Positions 48,545-61,728 of a stretch of 64,000 nucleotides of DNA are shown piece after piece. Numbering within the stretch: position 1 is the first letter of the stretch; every line of letters begins with the position of its first letter. Origin of the DNA: Mobula hypostoma (taxonomy: Eukaryota); NCBI RefSeq assembly GCF_963921235.1, contig NC_086100.1, positions 65,038,001 through 65,102,000 on the forward strand, given 5' to 3'. The notes under the pieces are model-generated. The model made no database searches. It was not told the DNA's origin and saw only the letters and a program-made list of their open reading frames with translations. Both the position numbers and the translations under genes were made by a program.

Positions 48545-49300
48545 ATTCACCGCAGCTCCCTGCAAATACCTCAGCACTTTCACAGATCTGAAAGATAGTG
48601 AGCGCCATACGTTACGTGTCTGTTTAGTCAGCGCGTAAATTGAAAGCACTACGTCCAAACAAATCTAATTTCCTAGCATTGTAACGAATTTCCACGACTG
48701 TCGGTCCCTTCGTTTGCGTGTAATTTGTTAAACCGAAATGTGTTAAAATGCTTTCGAACCGAATCTTACCTCGGAGCCAGGGTGGTATCTTCCTATTTTA
48801 TAAAGGGAACAACTTTTATTGAAGGATATTGTGAAATCCGTTGCTGTTCGGAATGTTGTGAGATGTGCTAAACAAATTAAGTTATTTTGCTGGAGTTTTA
48901 TAAATCTTTCTTGTTCAGGACAACGCGCTCCGCTTCACTTCGGAAACGTGGCGTGTTTTAACTTCCAGAGGAGGGAGGTGCTAGGAGGAACAACAGGGGG
49001 AGCCAAACATTTCATTTCTAAATCGAATTTTTTAAAGTATCCCCGTCAAAATTTTGGGGATTTGAAACCAAAAACAAACAGAAGTCTGGGGCAGAGCAGA
49101 AGAGTTAACATCTGAGCAGAAAATTGATGTTATGATGCTGGTCGTACCCATGAAGGAGTTGAAGCATTACCTTGTTCCTTCTCACAGCTGATGCTGATGT
49201 TATCTGTTTTACAATATTTCCAAACCCAACTCTGTATGTACACAGAAAGTTGATCAAAACAGCTGCGACCGCTACATTTTCAAAACAATGTGTTCGCGTT
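48545..49300 (-). promoter_or_regulatory. MOGAT1: MOGAT1 promoter / 5'UTR region
   Basis: Locally CpG-enriched and repeat-free. TATAAAA on the minus strand at 48796-48802 and 48896-48902. Candidate donor at 48769. Confidence 0.55.
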
Positions 49301-49539
49301 TCTTTTGGGGTAGTGTTGCTACCGCACCTGTGATGAACAGGCCCATTTTAATCCTGTTTAAAATATATTTCCCCCACTATCACGTTTTTCATCTTTAGAC
49401 CATAAACGTTGTAAAGGGTTGTGATTAGAATGGGGAAATGTTAAAGCCTAATTAGAACATTTCCATGATAACTTTGAGAAGATACTATGACCAACCAACT
49501 CTGTAACAACAGTAATGTTTAAGGAAAGTCAAGACTTCT

Positions 49540-49830
49540 TTCAAAGTTCAAAGTATTACCAAAGTACATATATATCACCGTATACAACCCCAAGGTTTAT
49601 TTTCCTGTGAGAAACCTATAGAATGTAACCATAACAGGATTAATGAAAGATCAACCAGAGTGCAGAAGACAACAGAATGTGCAAAAGCAAACATAAATAA
49701 ATAGTAATAAATAATGAGAAATTGAGTTAACAAGATAAAGAGTCCTTAAAGTGAAATCATTGGTTTTGAGAACATCTCAATGGATGGGCAAGTGAACGTA
49801 GCTGTTCCCTTTGTTCATGAGCCTGATAAT
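49540..49830 (-). mobile_element. Rex1/Babar-type LINE 3'UTR fragment
   Basis: Matches 16056-16270 joined to 16813-16900. Confidence 0.75.
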
Positions 49831-51014
49831 TGTGTATCTTTCCTTGATAATTCCGGAGAAAGATGGTTACAAGTCAAACAGGGATGATTCAGCATGTGTT
49901 CTTAAGCTGCCATTTTAGATTAGTTAATTTCTACTTTTTCTTTATCCTTAGATTTTATGAGTTTTTAACTTGATCTACTCCAAAATTCAGACTTCCCATT
50001 AATATTGATGTAGTCGGCACACTTCCTGCTTTTGCAAAACCTAAGGCCATTCGACCATAAGATATAGAAGCTGAATTATGCTATTTGACCCATTGAATCT
50101 GCTCCACCATCACATCAAGTCTAATTTATTATCCTTCTCAAACACATTCTCCTGCCTTCTCCCTGTAACTCTTGATGGCCTAACTAACCAAGGATCTATC
50201 AACCTCTGTTTTAAATGTACCCAATGACTTTGCCATCAGTGGCAATGAATTCCACAGACAGACAATGCTCTGACTAAAGAAATACCTCCTCATATCTCTT
50301 CTAAAGGGATGAATCTCTATTCTGAGGTTGTACTCTCTGGTCTAAGTGTTAGAAGGATTAGCCCTCAAGTATTAACAATTAGCTAGACACCGAGAGGATC
50401 TGTATTTACTGAAAAGTACCTTTATTGGCCCAGTTTATATCCACGTGAATTTACAAACTAGATGCCAATGTGCACACCTCAAAGGTTTTCCTGATCCTCC
50501 TCGGAGAGTCAAAGAAAAGAAAAGGCAATACCTGGGAAAAGGAGTCTATACTGGACAGTCATTCTTCTTGATCCTGATATAATCACCACATCTCCAATGT
50601 GAGGTCATTCACTTTTGCGATTGTTGGTCTCCACAGACCTGTTGCTGCCGGTGCTCCCAAAATTCTCCATTCTTGTTCTTTCCCTCATTGAACCAATCTA
50701 TGATGTTTCAATGTTGTAGGAAATGATCACCTGACTGACCTGTATCAGTTTCTCACTGGATGAGGTGCAAAACTACAAGGAGTATTGTTTTATGGCCCTC
50801 CTTTCAGCTTTGCACATGAGATAATTTATTTTGTTTTGTCCAACTCAGACTGGTTCAAATCAGTCCAACCTGGTCAGTGAAACACTGGAGCCAGATAACC
50901 AGTTCATAGCTGTTCCTTTTGCAAACCTGCCATTTTATATAATAAACAGCTTCTTATCTGAGTATGTCTCAGATTTAGCAGATGATTAGGAGAAACTCAT
51001 TGTGTCCCTTGTGG

Positions 51015-51160
51015 CTACGGGGATCAGGGGGTATGGAGGGAAGGCTGGGGCGGGGTTCTGAGTTGGATGATCAGCCATGATCATAATAAATGGTGGTGGA
51101 GGCTCGAAGGGCCGAATGACCTACTCCTGCACCTATTTTCTATGTTTCTATGTTTCTATG
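51015..51160 (+). mobile_element. CR1 3' terminus
   Basis: GGCTCGAAGGGCCGAATG...CCTACTCCTGC plus (TTCTATGT)3. Confidence 0.8.
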
Positions 51161-52204
51161 TGTCCACATTCCACTGCTCTGACTAAGTTATAGAAGAGCA
51201 AGAATCAGTTCACCAAACACTTCCACAAAATGGCGGCTGCAAGGGCAGTCTCACAAAATGGCCACTTCAATTCCTGTCACCACATGGCAAGAACAAATTA
51301 TTCTGTCTGTTTCCACTGCCCTTGCCTCATTCCTGTTTACTCATCTGTGATTGTAGTTCTTTCTAGGCAACACCTTCTTCGTCTTGATCCAAAAATAACT
51401 ATATTAGGATCATTATCCTCCTCTCATTCTGCTGACTGCCATGGACCTCCCGCTCCATAGTGTGCTACACTCACATTATGTAAAGGTAAAAATAACTTTT
51501 ACTTACTGAATTCATACATTTTTATACCAGAATCGTCTCTTCTATTTTATGAGTGCCATCTGCTAACTTTCACATCATTTCAGCCTTCCTCCTTTGAACT
51601 TAATATACATTGAGCATTACAATTATCCATAAATAAAATTAGTATTACAGTAACTTGCAAACCCATTCTCATCCATGATGTATTTGAACATTTGGTCCCC
51701 AATTCCAATACTTATTTAAAAATCTGAGTCATTCAATAGTTTGTTTGCCTTTATCAGCATGTGTTTTAATTACATTCATGTGTTTAGTCTTTTGATATAT
51801 TATCTCCATTGCCTTCTCCACAACTTGTGTCCAGTCTGCCGTCAAGTGAGGGAATCGGTGGCAACTCAGTAACAATATAGTCCCCCAAACATCAATCTAT
51901 ATCAGTGCGTCCAATCATGAGGGTTTTGTTCGTTATCATATCTACTGCTGGCTGAGGCAAAGTTCATCCTCCAATAGCTAGACCCTAAGGTCATGTTTCC
52001 AATGGTAACATCATGACTATCCAAATGACATCCCTTGGTATAACTTTTCCACTGTTGCTGCAGTATAAAATATAAAATATGTCTGTCACAACAGTGCATA
52101 TTGAGAGAAAGACTGACAATTCACAGGCAAAATAGACAATGAACAATTTTCACCAGTAATGAAACCACAAGTGTTCTCATGATACTTGCTCACATTGTGC
52201 AAAG

Positions 52205-53865
52205 ATCAACATAAATTTATTATCGAGCAGACATATGTCACCATATACAACACTGAAATTCATTTATTTATGGGCATACTCAATAAAACTATAGAATAAT
52301 AACATTAACAGAATCAATCAAAGGCACCCAACTTGGGCATTCAACCAGAGTGCAGTAGAAAACAAACTGTGCCAATACAAAAAGAAAAGAATTAATGATA
52401 ATAAATTAGCAATAAATATCATAAACATGAGATGAAGAGTCCTTGAAAATGAGTCCATTGGTTGTGGGAAAATTTTATGATGGGGCAAGTGAAGTTGAGT
52501 GAAGTTATCCACTTTGGTTCAAGAGCCAGATGGTTGCGGGTAGTAATTGTTCCTGAACCTGGTGGTGTGAGTCCTGAAGCTCCTGTACTTCCTTCTTGAT
52601 GGCAGCAGTGAGAAGAGAGCTTGATCTATGTGGTGGGGGTACCTGATGACGGATGCTGCTTTCCTGCAACAGCATTTCACGTAATTGTGCTCAAAGGTGG
52701 AGAGGGCTTTACCTGTGATGGACTAGGCCATATCCACTACTTTTTGTAGGATTTTCTGTTCAAGGGCATTGCTGTTTCTATATCAGGCTGTGATGTAGCC
52801 TGTCAATATATTCTCCACTACATATATATATAGAAGTTTGTCAGAGTTTTAGATGTCATGCTGAATCTCCATAAACTCCGAAGGAATTAGAGGCACTGTT
52901 GTGCTTTCTTCATAATTGGACTTACATTCTGGGTCAAGGACAGGTCCTCCAAAATAGTTGCTGACCCTCTCTACCTCTGATCCTTTAAAGAGGACTGGCT
53001 CATGGACCTCTGGTTTCCTTCTCCTGAAGTCAATTATCAGCTCCTTGGTCTTGCTAACATTGAGGAAGATGTTATTGTTGTGGCACCGCTCAGCCTGATT
53101 TTCAATCTCCATCCAATATGCTGATTCATCACCACCTTTGATTTGACCAATGACAATGGTGCTGTCTGGAAACTTGTGGAGGAGATGTTGTTGACAATCC
53201 GAACTGACTGGGGTCAAGTGAGGAAATCGAGGATCCAAATGCTCAAGAAGGTATTGAGGCCAAGGACTTGGAGTTTATTGATTAGTTTTGAGGGATGATG
53301 ACATTGAATTATTAGCTGTAAAGAGCATCCTCATGCATGCATCTTTGTTGTCTAGATATTCCAGGGTTGAGTGAGCAGCCAATGAGATGGCAACTCCTGT
53401 GGACCTGTTGCACCAGTAGGCAAATTGGAGCAGATCTAAGTCACTTCTCAGGCAGGAGTTGGTACGTTTCATCAGCGATCTCTCAAAACACTTCATTGCT
53501 CTGGATGTAAGTGTTACTGGATGATAGTCATTGAGGAAGAACACCACATGCTTCTTGGGCATCAGTATAACTGAAGCAGGTCAGTCTCTTAGATTGCTGA
53601 TGTGAGAGGCTAAGAATCTCAGTGAACACTCCAGCCAGCTGATCAGAACAGGTCTTTAGCACCTGGCCAGGTACCTCATCTGGTCTGGATGCTTTTCGTG
53701 GTTTAGCCCTCCTGACAGATGCTTGCACATTAGCTGTAAAATTAATGGAGAATTAAATCACAGGATCATCGGAGGGTGTGGGAGTTTGTGATGGTTCCTC
53801 CATGTTTTGATGGTCAAAGCAGGCATAGAAGGCATTGATCTCATCTGGAAGTGAAGCTCTGTGAT
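52205..53865 (-). mobile_element. Rex1/Babar-type LINE, 3' half
   Basis: LKTCSDQLAGVF, LNDYHPVTLTSRAMKCFER, LNVSKTKELIIDFR and 3'UTR. Confidence 0.88.
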
Positions 53866-55179
53866 CCTTTTCACTACTTCCCCAATATGCAATGGCCCCT
53901 TGTGTACAGTTAATAACGATCAAAGCAACCCTTAGAAAATGCTTGATTATAACTACCCCAATCGATATATATCTCTCATGTGAATTACTGCCCTACTCAA
54001 TATTCACATGAGTGTGATCCCACAGAACCATAGCCATCATTACCTGAAGGCTGCTCAGTGAATCGACCTGTCTAATTATTGATAATGTTACCTCTGGAAT
54101 TTTATGCAAGAACTGTGTATTTGTACCCTTTAGGTTACTTATGATTTTATCTATGCATCTAAAACCATCCACCCCGGCATAATAAAAATTTGAGTCCTCT
54201 GTTCCTCCTTTGGTAGCCCTGTATTACTCAAATCCATTGAGAAAAGTTGTTCTTTTTTGATACATCAAAACTAGTTTCCAAAGGAAGTCAATCCTAAAAT
54301 CAATGTCAAAAGTCATTAGCAATATATTTTATGTTCTGTAAAAAACAAAGCGGTCTTGTTAATAAAAACAACTTTTAGGATTGCCCCCCAAATCTTTGAA
54401 ACTTCAAAAATATTACTTCCAAATTCCCAATTGTCCAGCAATGAGTAATTTCTCCAAATGCCCTTTTCTCTCTGAAAGGTAGATCTCTCTTATCCAGAAC
54501 AGAGATGCACAGATTTCCGTCACCTTAACCTGGTACCTACTTTCTGGTCAAATGCATCTATGTGCATCATAGGAACAAAATTAAATATAAATGAGAATGG
54601 AGCAAAAAAAAAAGACACTGCTACAGATAACCAAATACCTAGTCTTAAGACATGAAAAAAAATTATCATCAAGATACATATTAGAAATACTGTAACTAAG
54701 ATATGCTTAGGGTGAGATCCAGAACATTTAGCGGGCAGCATAAGATATGGTGTCAGTGATGAAACCCAGACGCTCATATCCAAAACTGGAGATCTTAAAG
54801 GTTTGGGCAGGGGTTGCTGTGAGAGGTCACTGCAAAAAGGAGAGATGCAAATAAGGAAAACGGAACACAATGTAAGGCTATTTTAGCATTTAAACTTAAA
54901 TGTTCTTAAACCCAAGCCAGTGTGCCAGTGTTGGCCAGTGATGAGAGAGTAATGACTTGGTGAAGTTAAGAAAGAGCAACAGAGTTTCAAATGAACTTAT
55001 CTTTATTAATGGTAAAAATTGGAAGTTATGCTAATATGAATGAGACCAGTTGAGGAAAGAGCATAAAGTTTAGAAACCCAGTAATAAATAGTCTCGGTGA
55101 AAGAAAGGCCAGAAGCTTACTGCAGATTTAATAGGTACTGAGGTTGTGATCAGTCTGCTTCTTGCTGGGATGGAAGGTC

Positions 55180-55795
55180 ACAAGAAAGTTGAAAAGATGA
55201 AATATGAATGTAAACTAGCCAATAATATAAAAAAGGATACCAAAAGATTTTTCAGATATATAAAGAGTGAAAGAGAGGTAAGAGTAGATATCGGACCACT
55301 GGAAAATTATGCTCTAAAGGTAGTAATGGGAGACAAGGAATTAGCAGATGAACTGAATAATAATTTTGCATCTGATTTCACTGTGGAAGACACGAGCAGT
55401 ATGCTGGAAATTTGTGAGTGTCAGGGAGCAGAAGTGAGTGCAGTTGCTATTACTACGGAGAAGGTGCTTGGGAAGCTGAAAGATCTGAAGGTAGATAATT
55501 CACCTGGACCAGATGGACTATACATGTGAGTTCAGAAGGAAGTAGCTGAAGAGATTGTGGAGGTATTAGTAATAATCTTTCAAGAATCAACAGATTCTGG
55601 TGTAGCTCTGGAGAACTGGAAAATTATGAATATCACCCTACTCCTCAAGAAGAAAGGGAGGCAGAAGAAAGGAAATTATAGACCTGATAGCCTGACCTCA
55701 GTGTTGAATTTGATTGTTGAGGATGAGATTTCAGGGTACTTGAAGGCATATGATAAAGTAGACCAAAGTCAGTATGGTTTCTTTAAGGAGAAATA
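55180..55795 (+). mobile_element. CR1 ORF2 fragment
   Basis: KRFFRYIKS...IGPLE...NSPGPDG, GNYRP.SLTSV. Confidence 0.85.
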
Positions 55796-55796
55796 G

Positions 55797-57010
55797 ACCG
55801 TAAGACATAAGAGCACTATTACATCATTCAGCATTTTTGAGTCTGTTTCACCATTCAATCATGGCTGATCCTGGATCCCACTCATGGCGTGTAACTCACC
55901 TTCTGACTCCCCAAAGCCTGTCCACCATCTATAAGGCTCAGGTCAGGAGTGTAATGGAATACTCGCCACTTGCCTGGATGAGTGCATCTCCATCAACACT
56001 CTAGAAGCTTGACACCATCCAGTACAAGGCAGCCCACTTGATTGGTACCCCTTCCACAAGCATCCAATCCCTCCACTATTGATGAAAAGTTGCAGCAGTG
56101 TGTACTATCCACGATGCACTGCAACAACACACCAAAGTTCCTATGGTAGCACCTTCCGGAACCATGACACCACCATCTAGAAAGATGAGAACAGCAGGTT
56201 CCTGGGAACACCACCACTTGGAAATCCCCCTCCAAGTCACTCACCATCCTGACTTGGAAATATATCGCCATTCCTTCATTGTTGCTGGGTCAAAACCATG
56301 GAATTCTCTCCCTACCAGCACTGTGGGTGTACCTACAGCTCAGGGACTGCAGCGGTTCAAGAAGGCAGCTCATCAGCGCCCTCTCAAGGGCAACTAGGGA
56401 TGGTCAACAAATGTTGCCTTAGCAGGCGACACCCACATCCGATAAGTGAATAAAAAACTCAACCCCATACTTCTGCTTTCTCGCCAAATCTTTTGATACC
56501 CTGACTGATCAGGAAACTATTAACTTCTGCCTTAAATATACCCACAGACTCACTCTCCACTGCAGTCTGTGGCAGAACATTCCATGGATTCACTACTCTC
56601 TGGCTAAAAAAATTCCACCTGGCCTCTGTTCTAAAAGGTCTCACCTCAATTTTGAGGCTACGCCCTCTAGTTCCAGATACCCCCACCATAGCTGCAAAAC
56701 ACTCCACATATCTTAACCCCTTCATTCCTAGAACCATCCTCATGAACCTCCTTTGGACTCTCTCTAATTACAACATATCCTTTCTGAGTTATGGGGCCCA
56801 AAACTGTTGACAGTACTCCGTGTGGCCTGAATAGTGTCTTATTATCTCCTTGCTTTTATATTCTATTCCCCTTGAAATAAATGTCAACATTGCATCTGCC
56901 TTCTTTACCATACACTCAACCTGTAAATTAACCTTCTGGGAGACTTGCACGAGAACTCCTAAATCCCTCTATACCCATGATGTTTGAACCTTCTCCCCAT
57001 TTAGATAATA
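55797..57010 (-). mobile_element. CR1 3' fragment interrupted by a plus-strand L2/CR1-superclade LINE 3' end (55885-56456)
   Basis: FFSQRVVN.WN.LP (-). The insert has IYKAQVRSVMEYS and KPWNSLP..FKKAAH, an A-tail, and a 5-bp TSD ACTCA. Confidence 0.8.
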
Positions 57011-57757
57011 GTCCGTAATATATTTTATGACAGAAGGTGTCACAAACAGTTTGGTCTAAGGCATACTATCTGTAATCTGCACACAGATCTAATATTGACT
57101 CTCAATAGACTTTATGACATCCTTCATCTAAACATGTACAATAGAGCTGAATCCCAGAGGTGAGTGGTGGTTACTTACACTTGACATTCAAGTTGCATTT
57201 GAAGTGTATCATCAAACTGAAGACAATGGGCATAAAAAAATCCAGCAGCTATAATCATACATAGTATAATGAAAGAAGATTATAGTTATCGGAGGTCCAT
57301 CATTTCAATCCTTAGAACACCATTGCTAGAGTTTTTAAGAGCAACCTAATCATTTGCAGTTGCTTCATCAATAATCTTCCTCATATGGGATGTTTTTGTT
57401 TGATGATTGCACAATGAGCGATTCCATTATCAATATTGCAGCAAATACAAGAAGATCTATGCAACATTCTCATATGACCTAACACATGGCAAATAACATA
57501 CATACCACAGATGTGCCAGGCAATGACCATCTCCAAAAGGAAAGTTTAATCATTTTCGTTTGCTATTCTGTGCAATTACAATAGTTAATCCAACAGTTTG
57601 AAGATACTAGGAAACATGGTTGAACAGAAACTTAAATGGACCAGCAGCATAGATTGTTATAAATGACAATTGTTGACAGAATTTCAGATGGTAATGAGGA
57701 AGCATACTGAAGCAAGATAGATGTCCTTGGTGTCAACACCTCTGAGGATCTATCCTG

Positions 57758-58118
57758 GGGAGGTTTATAAGATTATGAGAGTCATTGATAGAGTAGACAG
57801 CCAGTATAATTTTTTTAGGATTAAAATATCAAATACAGAGGGCATGCATTTAAGGTGAGGGGGTAGGCTGAAAAGAGATATGCAGAGTTTATTTTTACAC
57901 AGGGAATGGTGGCTGCCTGGAGTGCGCTTCCTGAGGTGGTGGTGGAGGTAAATATGACAGAAGCATTCAAGAGGCTCTTAGATAGGATCATGAATGTAGA
58001 TGAAATGGAAGGATATGGAGAAGGGATTAATTTAGTTGGACACTTGATTGCTAATTTATTTGGTCCCGCACAACATTAGGGCCTGTTTCTGTGCTGTACT
58101 GTTTACGTTCTAAGTTCT
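57758..58118 (+). mobile_element. CR1 3' fragment
   Basis: EVYKIMRVIDRV and 3'UTR GGGCCTGTTTCTGTGCTGTA. Confidence 0.7.
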
Positions 58119-58549
58119 ATAATGTTAAACCCACTCCACCCAATCCTACTTGTAGAATAATTTTTTCATTACCGAGAATCAAATGAAACTTCGGTGCATC
58201 ATCACTAAGTGTGTCCTTCCTTAATGAAAGGGGACCAAACCATTTGCAAGGTGTGGTTTCACCAAAATCTTGAAGAGTCATAGTCAGATATTCTTACATT
58301 TATACTTGATATTCCATGTAATGAAGGAGAATATTTCATTTGCCTTCCAGTTTACTCTAAATTTTCAAATGTCTTGCAGTCTGTGAAGTTCACCCTCTTT
58401 TTCAAGTCATAGTTTATTCATAAAATGTGGAACTATAGATTAGGGAACATTGATTGTCTTCATATCATTACACTGATATTTAATGTTGACATTCTATCCA
58501 TGCCATAATTTTTTTCCATCCCAAGTATGTTGTCAGCAATAAGCCTAAT

Positions 58550-59280
58550 GTTTGTTACACAGGCAGGCCCAGCTGCTCAGTGTCCAGTGGTGGGAGGACC
58601 CATCCTCCAAAGAGCCTTTGCACCAGCTGCAGCCAGCTTCAGCACATTAGGTTGATTTCAAGTGCTCCAGCCTGCAGCTGTCATTTGCCATCAGCTCACC
58701 AGCACATTTCACGAGAACCAAGGGCTGCCTTTCACTGAGGTGATGATCTCCCAGCAGCAGTTGATATTTGTCTCAGTTTGTACTGTAGAGCTCTCTTATG
58801 CAAATACTTAAGTGAATCTCGTGGAGGACCATAGCATTTCTTTCTGGATTTTCTTTGCAAGTGTGTCATAAGCAGGTGGATGACAGTCTCATTCACACAG
58901 CCGCCACCTCGAGGAGAGTGCATAGAGGGACATAGACATTGGGTGTTCATGAAGAATCTGACAGATGGCTCATCTCACCACTGCCCATGGAAAGTCTTGA
59001 AGCTTTGTTGAAAGTTTGTTGAAATGATGACACTTACGCAAAATGCCTAAGAGTTTGCTTGGGAAACCACCTCACAGATTCCACCATCTCCTTCTTCCAT
59101 AGGACTAGAAGGCTTTTTGCACAGACCACAGGCTGATTGACTTGTTTTCAAAAGGTGTTTATTTGCAGAAATTTATGAGAGACAGGGGATATGGCAAAAT
59201 CCAACAGAATAGAAGGTTATATGGGTAGAAGACCAGGCCACCCCCTTGCAACACTGGGAACATGTGGGACTTCAGTGTGG
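58550..59280 (-). mobile_element. Degenerate Tx1/L1-like ORF2 C-terminal fragment
   Basis: PRGGGCVNETVIHLL zinc-knuckle remnant. Confidence 0.45.
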
Positions 59281-59309
59281 AGTGATATGCGTAGTTAGAT
59301 GGATGCACA

Positions 59310-59598
59310 GAGGATGTTTCCCATAGTGGCAGAGGGCACAGTCTCAGAATAGAGGCATATCCATTTAGAAGAGAGATGAGGAGGAATTTCTTTGGCCAGA
59401 TGGTAGTTCATCGCCACAGATAGCCATGGAGGCCAAGTCATTAGGTATATTTAAAGCACAGGTTGTTCTTGATTAGTCAGGGTGTCGAAACGTTAGGGGA
59501 GAAGGCATCTGTTGAGAGGGAATAAATCAGCCACAATTGAATGATGGAGCAGATTTGATGGAATAATGGCCTCATTCTGCTCCTACAGTCTGTCTTAT
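59310..59598 (+). mobile_element. CR1 3' fragment
   Basis: EMRRNFF remnant and 3'UTR. Confidence 0.65.
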
Positions 59599-60153
59599 GG
59601 TATTTGAGTACCAGGGTTGGCAGGATGAGGGTTAAATTGGGTATACCTTACACTTTCTATGGAATTTGCATATCCACATGCTCCCTGGAACTCATTCTGA
59701 ATGATTGCTGTAACACAGATGTGGTGTATGGACATAACCTGTGCCATATACCATGACACAGAGCACAATATGATCAAGTTCTTTGCTGCAATTAGGAGGG
59801 AGTTGGCATCTTTCCCTTGATTTATTTAAAACAGTCAGTTTTTGGTACACGCTCTGGCTCCTCCAACCCGGATCCTCAGCACCGTCAGATCATTGGATCT
59901 CGAGGTGCAGAGAACAAAGGATCAGTTTGACCAGTTGTCAAATAACACGTCAAATAATGTCGTGGTTTTATGCTGCATTTAGCTCTGGCCCCAAACTTGT
60001 CACAGATACCCGCGCATTAACATTGCATCTGAGCAGAAGGAATCATGTACACTATAAACAACAGGAATTCTGCAGATGCTGGAAATTCAAGCAACACACA
60101 TAAAAGTTGCTGGTGAACGCAGCAGGCCAGGCAGCATCTCTAGGAAGGGGTGC

Positions 60154-60189
60154 AGTCGACGTTTCAGGCCGAGACCCTTCATCAGGACT
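60154..60189 (-). ncRNA. Minimal type I hammerhead ribozyme motif (intact)
   Basis: Minus strand AGTC CTGATGA AGGGTCTCGGCCT GAAA CGTC GACT. Confidence 0.8.
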
Positions 60190-61176
60190 AACTGAAGAAA
60201 GAGTGAGTAAGGGATTTGAAAGTTGGAGGGGGAGGGGGAGATCCAAAATGATAGGAGAAGACAGGAGGGGGAGGGATGGAGCCAAGAGCTGGACAGGTGA
60301 TAGGCAAAAGGGATACGAGAGGATCATGGGACAGGAGGTCCGGGAAGAAAGACAAGGGGGAGGGGACCCAGAGGATGGGCAAGGGGTATATTCAGAGGGA
60401 CAGAGGGAGAAAAAGGAGAGTGAGAGAAAGAATGTGTGTATAAAAATAAGTAACAGATGGGGTACGAGGGGGAGGTGGGGCATTAGCGGAAGTTAGAGAA
60501 GTCGATGTTCATGCCATCAGGTTGGAGGCTACCCAGACGGAATATAAGGTGTTGTTCCTCCAACCTGAGTGTGGCTTCATCTTTACAGTAGAGGCCGTGG
60601 ATAGACATGTCAGAATGGGAATGGGATGTGGAATTAAAATGTGTGGCCACTGGGAGATCCTGCTTTCTCTGGCGGACAGAGTGTAGGTGTTCAGCAAAGT
60701 GGTCTCCCAGTCTGCGTCGGGTCTCGCCAATATATAGAAGGCCACATTGGGAGCACCGGACACAGTATTTAACGAGACCAGTGCTCTAATTCTTGAGCTA
60801 CGGGTTGGAGGAACAACACCTTATATTCCATCTGGGTAGCCTCCAACCTGGTGGCATGAACATTGACTTCTCCAACTTCCACTAATGCCCCACCTCTCCC
60901 TCGTACCCCATTCGTTATTTATTTTTATACACACATTCTTTCTCTCACTCTCCTTTTTCTCCCTCAGTCCCTCTGACTATACCTCTTGCCCATTCTCTGG
61001 GTTCCCCCCTCCGTCTTTCTCCCCGGACCTCCTGTCCCATGATCCTCTCGTATCCCTTTTGCCAATCACCTGTCCAGCTCTTGGCTCCATCCCTCCCCCT
61101 CCTGTCTTCTCCTATCATTTCGGATCTCCCCCTCTCCCTCCCACTTTCAAATCTCTTACTAATTCATCCTTCAGTT

Positions 61177-61212
61177 AGTCCTGACGAAGGTTCTCGGCCA
61201 GAAACGTCGACT
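61177..61212 (+). ncRNA. Hammerhead motif with altered helix II
   Basis: AGTC CTGACGA AGGTTCTCGGCCA GAAA CGTC GACT. Confidence 0.68.
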
Positions 61213-61289
61213 GTACCTCTTCCTAGAGATGCTGCCTGGCCTGCTGTGTTCACCAGCAACTTTGATGTGTGTTGCTTGTACACTATAAA

Positions 61290-61728
61290 TGATGTTTGCA
61301 ACTCTGTCGAATACGAATATGTACGGACATGCCACGTCGTATTTGTAGTTCGCACGCATGCAGCTTTTCGCTTTTTAAAAGCCACATACTGCCAGGTGGT
61401 AACTCCAGCCCTCGCCTCGCCCACGTTTTCTCTCGGGATCCGCCCAGAAATTACACCAGGCACCCGCGGTCCTGGTACATTACTAGTTCTTAATGTTACC
61501 CGAGTAGGTAACTACATTACTCGCCGGAAGGTTAAACCAAACGAATGTATATTTTAACTATTTCAATAAGATTTAATAAACAAACAACGTATATTTCTAA
61601 AACATTATTTTCAGAAAAAAAATCAAAATAGCAGGAGACCGCAGGAACGGGGAAGACAACTATCGGGGGGGGGGTAAGGTCAGCCTTGGTGCGCATGCGC
61701 TCTGTGTTGATTTCCTCCGGTTCTGACC
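61290..61728 (+). promoter_or_regulatory. FARSB: FARSB CpG-rich promoter with NRF1 site
   Basis: TGCGCATGCGC at 61690-61700, ETS-like CCGGAAG at ~61524, CpG-rich. Confidence 0.75.

Larger units (their letters stand above)
60059..61276. mobile_element. Fold-back Penelope-derived insertion ~450 bp upstream of the FARSB ATG
   Basis: Inverted arms ~60089-60565 and 60803-61277. 13-bp TSD TGTACACTATAAA at 60046-60058 and 61277-61289. Confidence 0.93.
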
